Notes under the pieces: generated by a model
Database searches by the model: none
Seen by the model: the letters and a program-made list of their open reading frames with translations, nothing else
What the model was told of the DNA's origin: nothing
Assembly: GCA_965204055.1 (NCBI GenBank)
Contig: OZ241967.1
Location: 1,318,737 to 1,382,736 of the forward strand
Direction of reading: 5' to 3'
DNA from: Bdellovibrionales bacterium
GTDB taxonomy: Bacteria > Bdellovibrionota > Bdellovibrionia > Bdellovibrionales > UBA1609
DNA length: 64,000 nt
Translations under genes and position numbers: made by a program
Shown: positions 45,865-57,926 of the stretch, piece by piece
How the letters are laid out: the number at the start of each line of letters is the position of its first letter
Numbering within the stretch: position 1 is the stretch's first letter

Positions 45865-46035
45865 CTTTTCTGATTTTTTTATCTCAGATAAAATAAACTG
45901 TCGGCAAAGCCCTTTTTGAGATAGCTCCTGAAATAATTGGCCTCTATCTATATAACCTTGGTTAAAAAACTTATTTTTAAAAAAATATTGATACTGCTTA
46001 AGCTTTTTTCTATAAAAAATTGTTTTTCTCTTAGG

Positions 46036-47517
46036 CTAAAAATATTCAAACCACTTTATCTTGACTGTTTTAGGGATATTGTTTAACAACTTTCTTTTTA
46101 AATTTTCTGATGGTGCTTCCTTATTAATAATCCATTTTCTTAAATTTTTTACATAATGAACTATCTTTGTTTTTATAAAGTTAGATTTTTGATTTAATAA
46201 TAATTGTTCTTCTGCCTTGTCACTTTGAAATTGGTTTTGATATTTCATTTCTGCTTTTTTACATTCTTTTTTTAAAATGTTACATTTTTCCTGAAAATTT
46301 TGCAGTGCTGACTTAAGTGGTTTTTGTTTTATTTTATTAGTCAAGCTTCTTCCAAAAAATGCCCCACTAATACTTCCTACAATACTACCTACAGCTGTGC
46401 CAATGCCCGGCAAAATAGCTGTCCCTATTGAAGCACCTAATAATGAACCAGAGCTGATACCTATTCCTGTACCTGCTACATCAAGCCCTGCATTTTTTAA
46501 AGCTGATACCATGTCTGTGTTCCTTTTCACCAGCAAGTTACTTTCACGCCATCCAGAAAAAACTGCTGTAATCCAAGGAAAATCAAAATCATTAGCTCCC
46601 ATCGCAAAATCTGTCCCACTTTCGACTTGTTCTGATAAATGTTCGTGAGAAAGTTGATGATCTACTATAACAGGATTTTCTGGGGGATTTTCGAGATAAT
46701 TCCATAAGCTGTCTATGTTGTCAGAACTATCAATATTAAAGCGAAAAGCCGTATCTGGTATATTTTCTGCATCTGAAGGAATAACAACAGGAATTTTTGA
46801 ATGTGTAGAAAAATGCTCAAAAAGATTGTTCGCATCTTTAACCAACTTCACCTGAACAGGATGATTATTAATCAAAAGATCCCATGCTTTTTGATTAGAA
46901 CTTTCTGGCCACTGAATCTCCATGCCTGCATTTCTAAAGTGTTCAGCAACATGGCTTTCTGCTATATGTCCTTTTAATTTATCAAGAGCACCTTCTGTAA
47001 GACCTTGATCATTATGAGTGTATGTTTTTAATTGATCAGATAAATCAGAAAAATTATCAATTTGTTTCTTAGATAATTTGGAAACTCCCGTATATATATG
47101 ATCATCTATACACATATATTGCCTAAAGGTATTTGCTCCTTCCCACACACTGTCCGCTACAGCAGAAACAAAATCAGGAATAAATGTTTTATATTTTGTT
47201 TTTGACGAAAACTGGTTTTGAACAAGTGACTGTTTGTCACTTCTATCTGAAAAGGAAAAATTTTTAGCAAAGGATTTTGTATTTTGTTTAACAACACCGT
47301 ATTTGTTTCTGGTTTTTCTAAATACCTTCATTGGTCGCCCTACAAATAATCGTTTCCTGATAGTGTGAATAAGAGCACTTAGATTATATGCTGGAAATTT
47401 AATTTTTTGAAGTGTTTTTTTATCTATTGAATTCCATATTACAAAATATCTGATAAGGCTAATCAAACCAAAAAAAGAAAAACAACCAACGAGATAAAAG
47501 ATAAATTCTTGAATCAT
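46036..47517 (-). CDS. membrane-anchored protein with a PD-(D/E)xK-like motif and a glycine-zipper segment
   Basis: N-terminal TM. HIAESHVAEHFRNAGMEIQW...KAWDLLINNHPVQVKLV (E...D...QxK spacing like Mrr/restriction-endonuclease folds). GTGIGISSGSLLGASIGTAILPGIGTAVGSIVGSISGAFFG (glycine zipper). Confidence 0.55.
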   Translation of the reverse strand: MIQEFIFYLVGCFSFFGLISLIRYFVIWNSIDKKTLQKIKFPAYNLSALIHTIRKRLFVGRPMKVFRKTRNKYGVVKQNTKSFAKNFSFSDRSDKQSLVQNQFSSKTKYKTFIPDFVSAVADSVWEGANTFRQYMCIDDHIYTGVSKLSKKQIDNFSDLSDQLKTYTHNDQGLTEGALDKLKGHIAESHVAEHFRNAGMEIQWPESSNQKAWDLLINNHPVQVKLVKDANNLFEHFSTHSKIPVVIPSDAENIPDTAFRFNIDSSDNIDSLWNYLENPPENPVIVDHQLSHEHLSEQVESGTDFAMGANDFDFPWITAVFSGWRESNLLVKRNTDMVSALKNAGLDVAGTGIGISSGSLLGASIGTAILPGIGTAVGSIVGSISGAFFGRSLTNKIKQKPLKSALQNFQEKCNILKKECKKAEMKYQNQFQSDKAEEQLLLNQKSNFIKTKIVHYVKNLRKWIINKEAPSENLKRKLLNNIPKTVKIKWFEYF

Positions 47518-47682
47518 ATTTAAACAATCGGTTGCCGATCAAAAAAACTTAATAGAAAAAAATGTGAAAATGACAAAAAATTAATAAAAAACGAAAAAAA
47601 ACACGCAACCTGAGAACCCTTAATTAAAAACTGTCATTCAGAACCGATCCCAACCAGTAGCTAAAATTAGGGGATAAAAAAA

Positions 47683-47722
47683 GCTGGTATCTGGCTACTC
47701 TCCCAGAGTGTTAGCCCTCAAG
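47683..47722 (-). repeat. copy of the 3' ~40 nt of the 5S rRNA gene
   Basis: gctggtatctggctactctcccagagtgttagccctcaagg aligns with 52084-52124. It shares the preceding gctaaaattaggggataaaaaaa with the 38048 copy. Confidence 0.7.
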
Positions 47723-47824
47723 GAAATGCTAATATTTTCTATAAAGACTGCACTGTTTTTCTTTTCAGGGATTAAAAATTGTAAAAAAATTCAAAGAAAC
47801 TGTTTAAACACCGATAAAAGGATT

Positions 47825-48559
47825 ATGAAAGCTTTTTTGATCATTGTTTTGTTTCCGTCTGTGGCTTATGGTTTTTTTAAAGACATTCCATATAAGAAGA
47901 CTGAAATATGCGAAAAAATAAAACCCGATTATGACAAAGCCCGTGCCGATATGGCCAGAGCCATAGCTAATAAAGAAAAAGCCTATGCCTATAAGGAAAA
48001 AGCCTATGCCTCTTTTAAAAAAGCCACAGCTAATAAAGAAAAAGCCTATGCCTATAAGGAAAAAGCCTATGCCTCTTTTAAAAAAGCCACAGCTAATAAA
48101 GAAAAAGCCGATGCCGATATGGCTAAAGCTTATATCAAAGAGGCTTATATCAAAACCGATGCTAATATAGCCAAAGCCTATTCCTCTTATAAAAGAACCA
48201 TAGCCAATCAAGAAAAAGCCTATGCCTATAAGGAAAAAGCCTATGCCTCTTTTAAAAAAGCCACAGCTAATAAAGAAAAAGCCTATACCTATATGTCTAA
48301 AACTTATATCAAAGCCGATGCTGATATGGCCAGAGCCACAGCTAATAAAGAAAAAGCATGGGGAGATATAAACAAAGCTTATAAAGACGCTTTAAAATAC
48401 AAATGTTTTAAACAATCCACCGCCTGTAATGAGTCAATTAAAGATATGACAAAAACCAATACCGATATATCTAAAGCCATTGCCAACATAAAAAAGTATT
48501 GTTCTGGAAATAATAAAGTCGGGGGTTCTGGTAAAGACACCAGCCAGAAGACTTTGTAA
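47825..48559 (+). CDS. secreted repeat protein (KEKAYAYKEKAYASFKKATAN repeats)
   Basis: Signal peptide MKAFLIIVLFPSVAYG. Three near-identical 21-aa units plus degenerate copies. Confidence 0.65.
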   Translation: MKAFLIIVLFPSVAYGFFKDIPYKKTEICEKIKPDYDKARADMARAIANKEKAYAYKEKAYASFKKATANKEKAYAYKEKAYASFKKATANKEKADADMAKAYIKEAYIKTDANIAKAYSSYKRTIANQEKAYAYKEKAYASFKKATANKEKAYTYMSKTYIKADADMARATANKEKAWGDINKAYKDALKYKCFKQSTACNESIKDMTKTNTDISKAIANIKKYCSGNNKVGGSGKDTSQKTL

Positions 48560-48627
48560 TCACGATCATTGACAAAAAACATACCCCTTGGGAGCGCATA
48601 AAAAAACTTCAATAATACTCAATACTT

Positions 48628-50103
48628 AGTCGGCCCTGAACAAATACTATTTTGTTAAAAAGCAGGTTGATTTTTTATAAAATTATAATTTTGAATCTGT
48701 TTTTTCAACCAGCAAAAAAAGAACAAAAAGAAAGACCGCATGATCTTTCTCATATTAAACGCACTTGCTGCTAAAATAGGATTGATCTTATCTCCTTCTA
48801 TCCCATGCAAATAGTTTACCCCCATACGATGCTCCTGTTTAATATGACCTATCACCGGCTCAATCGCCGTCCTCCTTTTTAAAGCTCTCTTCAATTTAGG
48901 AGATAATCGCCTCATCCCTGATATAAACACACTCTTTCCTAATGGATGATATGCCTTACCCTTATACCCTCTATCTACAAATATCTCTCTGACAGACTTA
49001 CCCGACATCCTCTCTACCTGCTCTATCGCCAGCCCCAAGGTCTTGCCGTCAAAAGGATTGCCAAAAAAAGACTTAGCACCTACTATCCAATTACCCTTAC
49101 TGGTCACTGTAAAACTCACCTTGTTACCAAATTCATATCGCTTGTGTGCCTTACCTTTTGATAAACACTCCACATAAGGCTCATGCACACTATACACCTT
49201 ATCCTTGCTCAATCTTTCCTGAGAAAATACCCGCCGACTTAAATTCAATATATCTTGTAACTTATCTGATGGAGCACAACACTTTCTGTCTATGTCCCGA
49301 ATAACACGACCCAAAAAATTCCTCTGCCTCTTGACTGAAACTTGCCCCCTTTTATACTGACGAGCATGAAAATAACGGGCAGACTTAATCATCTCCTCCT
49401 TGCCTTTGAACTTGTAGCTTTGACGAAGCTTCACCCCCTCTTCTGTCGCTACTTTTACCAACTTCTCACGAGACTTGTTGATTAACTTTGAATCCACAGG
49501 ATAACAAATATTCTTACTCTGAACTGTTGTATCTACTATCACTTGCTTATACTCGCTAACTCGTAATAAACCTAACTTTTGAGCTACACTTAGAGTCTCC
49601 TTCAACAACTCCTCTGCTCCCACCTCCTCTATACGATGCCTCCAACGAGTCAATGAACTGGCATCAATGCTCAGCTTATGCTGAAAATACTCAAACCCAC
49701 AAAAATACTGCCAATAAGGATCACTCAACAACCTATCCACTACAGCCTCATCCGATAAATCAAATACATACTTCAGGTAAATTAAACCCACAACTAATCG
49801 CACAGGAAGAGCAGGACGCCCCCTGTCTGAAGGAAAAAAAGTCTTAAACTTCCTCTCAAATTTTGACCAATCTATACAATCTGCTAATTGAACAAGACCC
49901 ATTTTCATATTTAAAAAATCTACTAAACGGGGCCGACCTAATTCCAATTGCTCACAATCTCTTTCAGACTTCTTAGGCTTCATTTTTACCTCCAAATTTG
50001 CAAGGTTTTTAAACCTCTTTATATTTTCCTTGCAAATATTTTCCTTGCAAATTATAAAAAAATCAAGTGATAACAATGCGTTAACATTTATTCAGGGCCG
50101 ACT
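48628..50103 (-). mobile_element. intact IS5-family insertion sequence (about 1.48 kb)
   Basis: Inverted repeats agtcggccctgaacaaata / catttattcagggccgact. Flanked by a direct repeat ACTT (or TACTTA if the ends are drawn 1-2 nt inward). Confidence 0.9.
48655..49983 (-). CDS. IS5-family DDE transposase (442 aa from the ATG at 49983)
   Basis: VDTTVQSKNICYPVDSKL, FVDRGYKG, IEPVIGHIKQEHRMGVNYLHG. Confidence 0.9.
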   Translation of the reverse strand: MKPKKSERDCEQLELGRPRLVDFLNMKMGLVQLADCIDWSKFERKFKTFFPSDRGRPALPVRLVVGLIYLKYVFDLSDEAVVDRLLSDPYWQYFCGFEYFQHKLSIDASSLTRWRHRIEEVGAEELLKETLSVAQKLGLLRVSEYKQVIVDTTVQSKNICYPVDSKLINKSREKLVKVATEEGVKLRQSYKFKGKEEMIKSARYFHARQYKRGQVSVKRQRNFLGRVIRDIDRKCCAPSDKLQDILNLSRRVFSQERLSKDKVYSVHEPYVECLSKGKAHKRYEFGNKVSFTVTSKGNWIVGAKSFFGNPFDGKTLGLAIEQVERMSGKSVREIFVDRGYKGKAYHPLGKSVFISGMRRLSPKLKRALKRRTAIEPVIGHIKQEHRMGVNYLHGIEGDKINPILAASAFNMRKIMRSFFLFFFCWLKKQIQNYNFIKNQPAF

Positions 50104-50179
50104 ACTTACATACCCCTTATGCCCGTTTTTTGCTAAAGAAAAAGACTTCAAGCCCTTATACGCCATTTACCTTACCTCC

Positions 50180-51319
50180 TTATTTAGAAAAACGGAATTG
50201 CTTGCTGGTGGCATAATCATCTTCAATAAGTTTACACACTCTAACAGCTAAACGATCAAATAGTTGATTAAATTGGTTTTGATTTTCTTTCATTGTTTTT
50301 AACACCTTACCTTTAAAGTTTAGCTCATCATCAGTTAATTCAAAAATAGGTTTGCTGTATTTTTGCGATAAAGCAATTAAAGAATTAAAATCGCCAATAC
50401 TAATCAAATTATATGGAGACTCATCAGTAATGTATTTTACAAATGAATTTTCATCAATAACCATATTTTTTTTGCTCAAACTCTTAGCAAGCACATCTTT
50501 AGAAGCCTTTTGAATTTTATCAATCCACTCTTTAAAAGATTTAGCAATACCTTGTTTTTGCTTTTCTTCTTTTATATTCCAAAAATCAAAATCAAACAGA
50601 CCTTCTTTAATTCTTCTTGTATAAGGTCTGTATTTTTGTGAAATGATACCTAACATACGAGGTGGACTTTCCGGCAAAGCGTTGGTTATGGATTGTTCCC
50701 TAAATTCTTTAAAATCTTCATGCCATTTTGGTAACATGCTTCCTAAAGACTGTATAGCCTGATACGAAAAAAAGTCAGGAGAAGTGGGAATAAGAAAATA
50801 ATCACTACTCATTAAAATACAGCGATTTACAGCTCCTGAATTAGGACTCATATCCACTAAAATAATCTCACACCCATACTTAATTGCCGTTTTTCTAATG
50901 ATGGTGTGAAAAGCACCAATAAATTGCTTCGTAAAAGGCAAAAATTTTCCGCTGGTGATACCTGTTGCCAAAGATATATCTAAATCTGACATGTCGAGGT
51001 GACCTGCGACAAGCAATAAATTATTATTTAAAGTTTCACAAGGCTTAACCGCTTTAGGGGTTACACTATCCCCTGATGTTATTTCTGATATTTTTGCATG
51101 AATATTATCGTTGTTGGCACTATTATAAAAAGCATCCATATCATTTTTTTGTTGCAATCCTAATACATAAGTTGTCAAATTGCATTGAGGATCTGCGTCC
51201 ACTACAAGAGTCTTTATTCCTTTATTGGCAAAAGTCCAGCCTAAGTTAAATGTGGTGGTAGTTTTGCTGACCCCACCTTTGTGATTAAATAAAGAAATTA
51301 AAACTGGCTGTTGAGACAT
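50180..51319 (-). CDS. ParA/Soj-family ATPase with a long C-terminal extension (379 aa)
   Basis: Deviant Walker A FNHKGGVSKTTT, VVDADPQCN, ILVDMSPN. Confidence 0.8.
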   Translation of the reverse strand: MSQQPVLISLFNHKGGVSKTTTTFNLGWTFANKGIKTLVVDADPQCNLTTYVLGLQQKNDMDAFYNSANNDNIHAKISEITSGDSVTPKAVKPCETLNNNLLLVAGHLDMSDLDISLATGITSGKFLPFTKQFIGAFHTIIRKTAIKYGCEIILVDMSPNSGAVNRCILMSSDYFLIPTSPDFFSYQAIQSLGSMLPKWHEDFKEFREQSITNALPESPPRMLGIISQKYRPYTRRIKEGLFDFDFWNIKEEKQKQGIAKSFKEWIDKIQKASKDVLAKSLSKKNMVIDENSFVKYITDESPYNLISIGDFNSLIALSQKYSKPIFELTDDELNFKGKVLKTMKENQNQFNQLFDRLAVRVCKLIEDDYATSKQFRFSK

Positions 51320-51487
51320 ACTTCTCTCCTTTTTGATCTAAATTTTTATCTATCTTATTTTTTCCACTTTAACAAATATTATTTTTTCTCTCTGAAAACT
51401 GGGCCAGATTTTTTCAATCTTTTCTTAACTATTTTCATAAAATGAGTTCTTATAGGGTCCGACATAATATCCTCCTCAATAAAAAAA

Positions 51488-51535
51488 GCCGGTGCCCGGC
51501 TACTCTCCCAGAGGGTCAGCCCTCAAGTATCATCT
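51488..51535 (-). repeat. copy of the 3' ~48 nt of the 5S rRNA gene, remodelled into a terminator-like hairpin
   Basis: gccggtgcccggctactctcccagagggtcagccctcaagtatcatc aligns with 52084-52131. On the minus strand agccgg-gca-ccggct is followed by T7, just downstream of the VOC gene. Confidence 0.7.
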
Positions 51536-51573
51536 GGATCACACTAAAAAAGTGGACCAATTGCTATGTCCAT

Positions 51574-51993
51574 TTAATGGAAATATCTATCCTCCCAAGG
51601 ATCAGTGCCCTCCCAAGTCTCAAATTCAAGGGATATGTTATTAGGATCTTTTATATAAAACCTATAAGGCCCTTTTTTCTTTGAACCACCAATCAATTCT
51701 GTCATATTATCAGCTTTCCTTTGTCTCAGTTTCTGATGCAGTGCCTTCACTTCTGATTGTGATGATAACTCAAACCCAAAATGATGGATAACTTTAGAAT
51801 AGTCTACAAGAGCTTGTTCTGAGGGCTCAAACATCACAGTAAAACCACCAATTTTATAATTAGGACGGTTTTTATCAGTGGATCTATTTTTCACTCCAAG
51901 CACTTTCTCCCAAAAATGTCTTGTCTCCAACATTTTAGCGGTATAAAATACAATATGAGTTAACTCCGCATGACCTAGTTCCGCTGTTTTCAT
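51574..51993 (-). CDS. VOC/glyoxalase-family protein
   Basis: 139 aa; THIVFYT...FWEKVLG and HHFGFEL fit the vicinal-oxygen-chelate fold pattern. Confidence 0.7.
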   Translation of the reverse strand: MKTAELGHAELTHIVFYTAKMLETRHFWEKVLGVKNRSTDKNRPNYKIGGFTVMFEPSEQALVDYSKVIHHFGFELSSQSEVKALHQKLRQRKADNMTELIGGSKKKGPYRFYIKDPNNISLEFETWEGTDPWEDRYFH

Positions 51994-52083
51994 AATAACC
52001 CGCTTTTTTTATTTCTTCAGCTATCCTTATGGTTGATCATAATTCAATATATTTCCAGAAAAGCAAAATAGTCAATAAAAAAA

Positions 52084-52199
52084 GCTGGTATCGTGCTACT
52101 CTCCCAGAGGGTCAGCCCTCAAGTACCATCGCCGCTGACAGGCTTAACTTCTGTGTTCGAGATGGGAACAGGTGTGGCCCCGTCGCTATTGACACCAGC
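52084..52199 (-). rRNA. rrf: 5S ribosomal RNA
   Basis: The minus strand reads gctggtgtcaatagcgacggggccacacctgttcccatctcgaacacagaagttaagcctgtcagcggcgatggtacttgaggg...ctgggagagtagcacgataccagc. These are canonical 5S helices and loop motifs. Confidence 0.95.
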
Positions 52200-52210
52200 A
52201 ATTCTTTTTT

Positions 52211-52343
52211 TTAACAACATCATTCAATATCATTTACCCACACTATGACTGGATTCCCCCAGACGCGAGAATGACAACTTTTAACATCATTCAATATCAT
52301 TTACCCACACTATGACTGGATTCCCCCAGACGCGGGAATGACA
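52211..52343. repeat. two tandem ~65-bp repeats in the 23S-5S spacer
   Basis: ttaaca(ac)atcattcaatatcatttacccacactatgactggattcccccagacgcg(a/g)gaatgaca occurs at 52211-52276 and 52281-52343. A third partial gcgggaatgaca lies at 52394-52405. Confidence 0.9.
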
Positions 52344-52483
52344 TATAAAAAAAGTAACTCACAGACTCCCACAGAAGGCAAAAAACAACCTTTGCGGGAA
52401 TGACATATCAAAAGTCTGTAACTCAAAACATTCTTAGCTGAGTCCTTATATAACAAGGACTGTCTATTCAGTCAGAAAAATGT

Positions 52484-55499
<3,016 letters not shown>

Positions 55500-56122
55500 A
55501 TAAACTGACTGAAACACTAAGAATGATTTCAGTTCAGACTCTTTTTTGCCCTAAAAATTTAATAAACCAACCTGATTTTGAACAGTTTTTTAGCTTTAGA
55601 GGCTTTTTCCCCTATTTTTAAGCTATGAAATATAATTCAAACCAGATCAGTATAAAAGAACAAATAATAAAAATGTGAGTTACTTTACACTTGTGCTCTG
55701 TATCTACATAAAAATATGGACACAATTACCCTTTCCGCCCCCGCGGAAACGGCACACAAGCGTTTCTAAATAATATTCAGTTGTCAAAGAGCTTGCCCCT
55801 ATAGCTATAAAATAGCAAAGAGCACCCCTGGAGCTTTTACTCACAGGGAAGTCAATCATAAACAATCATAGAGCTAAAAAGCAACCTAAAAAAAGTAAAA
55901 TATAAAAATCTTTTTTGAATTAGTATTTTCTGCGGAAATTTGGAAGAATGGGGTTTGTTTTAATTAAATTCTTTTGAAAATACTTTTTCTCTTGTCTCTT
56001 TGCATAGCTTCAATTATGGAAACTCTTTTTACTGGTGTTACTTTTTTTTGTTCTGCTTTGTTATTCTCCGCGGTGTTAGTCGATGCGGGTAACTCCGATA
56101 ATGGACGCAACCCTGCGTTTTT

Positions 56123-56252
56123 CCCGACTTCAGCATAACGCAATGCAATAAATGAGTAATTTCGGATACTTACAAATTTCTGGTGCCACACATTTTTAAG
56201 ATTTGGCTCAAGAAGTGGAGATAAATTTAGACACTCTTTTAAGACCTAAGGC
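56123..56252 (-). mobile_element. solo end fragment of the IS1634-type element
   Basis: About 130 bp collinear with 9374-9503 (cccgactt...tctggtgccacacatttttaagattt...ggagataaatttagacactcttttaag). Confidence 0.7.
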
Positions 56253-56284
56253 TTATATAGCTCCTCTTTTTGATGAAAGAATTT

Positions 56285-56497
56285 TCAGGAGTTGTTTTTA
56301 AGCTTTTCAATCTCTACCTCAGAAAGCCCGGTGATTTTAGAAATAACAGAAAATTTAAAATTGCTTTTCAGCATATTTAAAGCTACTTCTTCTATACCTT
56401 CTGATCTGCCTTTTTCCATGCCCTTTTGCATACCTTCTGCTCTGCCTTTTTCTAAGCCTTCATCAAAGGCGTAAGCTTTCTCCGCCTTCTGATCCAT
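56285..56497 (-). pseudogene. Rpn/YhgA-family C-terminal fragment
   Basis: AEKAYAFDEGLEKGRAEG...ALNMLKSNFKFSVISKITGLSEVEIEKLKNNS matches only the last ~70 aa of the intact 351-aa protein. Confidence 0.65.
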
Positions 56498-56598
56498 AAG
56501 AGAGCTAATATTTTAAGGAAAAGGATACTACTGCGATATTCCAACAACCCCTCGCCTTTTAAAGCGAGGGATAAAAACCTCCTGATATGTTTTTTCTC

Positions 56599-57210
56599 TC
56601 ACTCACTTAACTCTGGTTCCATTACACTGATTATTTTTTCATAATGTGTCCAAGCTCCTAACAACCCTGTGTTTATGCAATCATCCACTGTGGAATACAA
56701 AAAAGGTGAAATTAGGAAAGTCTCCTCAGATCCAAAAAGCTTTTTTAAAGAGTCTACTTTTTTTATCACACAAGCAAATTCAAAAAAACCTTCCACCACT
56801 CCGTAACCTACCCTATACATACTTATATATCTAAAACCAAAGAGGCACTTTTGTTTTTTTAAAGAACATTTAAAAGTATGGAATTTAAAATCAAAAGTTC
56901 CTTCACACCAAGAGTCCGCACAAAGAGAATCAATCCCCTTTAATAAAGTTTTTTCCTCTTCAGTAGTAAGATCGTTTTTTCCTGGGATAACCTGTTCCTC
57001 CTGAGTAGCACCATCTGAAAGCATAGAGCTTTCTCTCTGCTCTAAAAGCTCTTCTCTCAACACATTTTGGGGTTTTATACCTTGTTCATGTTCCACCTTA
57101 GTTGCAGAAACATCATCTGTCCAGGAATACGCAGACGGCGGATGGCCTAACCACTGAAACAACAAAGCAATAAACCCTATAAAACATTTACATAACACTC
57201 TTTTTTTCAT
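56599..57210 (-). CDS. secreted Cys-rich protein, unknown function
   Basis: ATG at 57210 with RBS taaggagg; signal peptide MKKRVLCKCFIGFIALLFQWLG. Confidence 0.6.
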   Translation of the reverse strand: MKKRVLCKCFIGFIALLFQWLGHPPSAYSWTDDVSATKVEHEQGIKPQNVLREELLEQRESSMLSDGATQEEQVIPGKNDLTTEEEKTLLKGIDSLCADSWCEGTFDFKFHTFKCSLKKQKCLFGFRYISMYRVGYGVVEGFFEFACVIKKVDSLKKLFGSEETFLISPFLYSTVDDCINTGLLGAWTHYEKIISVMEPELSE

Positions 57211-57673
57211 TATAACCTCCTTATGGTTTAAGCCTTTTCTTAAATATCCCATTGGATAGATCAAAAAAAGCTCATTATGGTTTATCCTTTTTCAACTTAA
57301 ACAGAGACCTACCCTGCCAAGGAAAAAGGCTTCTCTCTTTCTTACATGCAAAATCGATTCCAATATTTTTTACGCTATGCTTATAGTGTGAAAAATTTTC
57401 ACCTATATACTTTTCAGGCAAATGATTTTGAAGCAGACGGTCATCCTTTAAATATTTTTATTATATATTTGAAATGAAAAAGATTTTAAAACAAAAAAAC
57501 CTACCAGGCTTGATATAAGTTAAGATTTAAAAAAATCTAAAAAGTATTCTATTTTTTTTTATGGTAAATTATAGTAAGGGCTTTTTCATAGGTGATTATG
57601 ATAAAAAAATTCGGAATCTGAATCCAAAATGCTGTTTTTTTGCAAAAATTTCCTGTTTTGTTTTTGCAATAAT

Positions 57674-57820
57674 TAGTCAGTCGTGAAAAAGTATGTTGCA
57701 ACAAAGTAAACATGGCTTACTTTGTCCTAAAACAGGCGAGATTCCCGCTCAAGGCGGGACTGTAAAGCCAAGTACTTGGCTTTACAGTTGGAGATGAACA
57801 GGGTCTATCACGGGCCAATA
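57674..57820. mobile_element. MITE copy A
   Basis: Starts tagtcagtcgtgaaaaag. Contains attcccgctcaaggcggga and ctgtaaagccaagtacttggctttacag palindromes. It is the reverse complement of copy B. Confidence 0.7.
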
Positions 57821-57926
57821 ATGAAAAAATAAGAGAAAACATAAAACAATAATAAAGAGGAACAATAGTTGAAACAACAGAATTTTTTCACAAACCACTA
57901 ACTAAACTAAGATAAGGAAGACTCAA

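Noticed and set aside
55760-55800. TTGACA hexamer (minus strand, 55787-55782) as the 23S promoter -35 box.
   Set aside because: No acceptable -10 hexamer lies 16-18 bp downstream. A single hexamer in AT-rich DNA is not evidence.
55964-56191. 75-aa ORF upstream of the 23S gene.
   Set aside because: Its 5' half is the IS1634-type end fragment. It has no RBS or motif.
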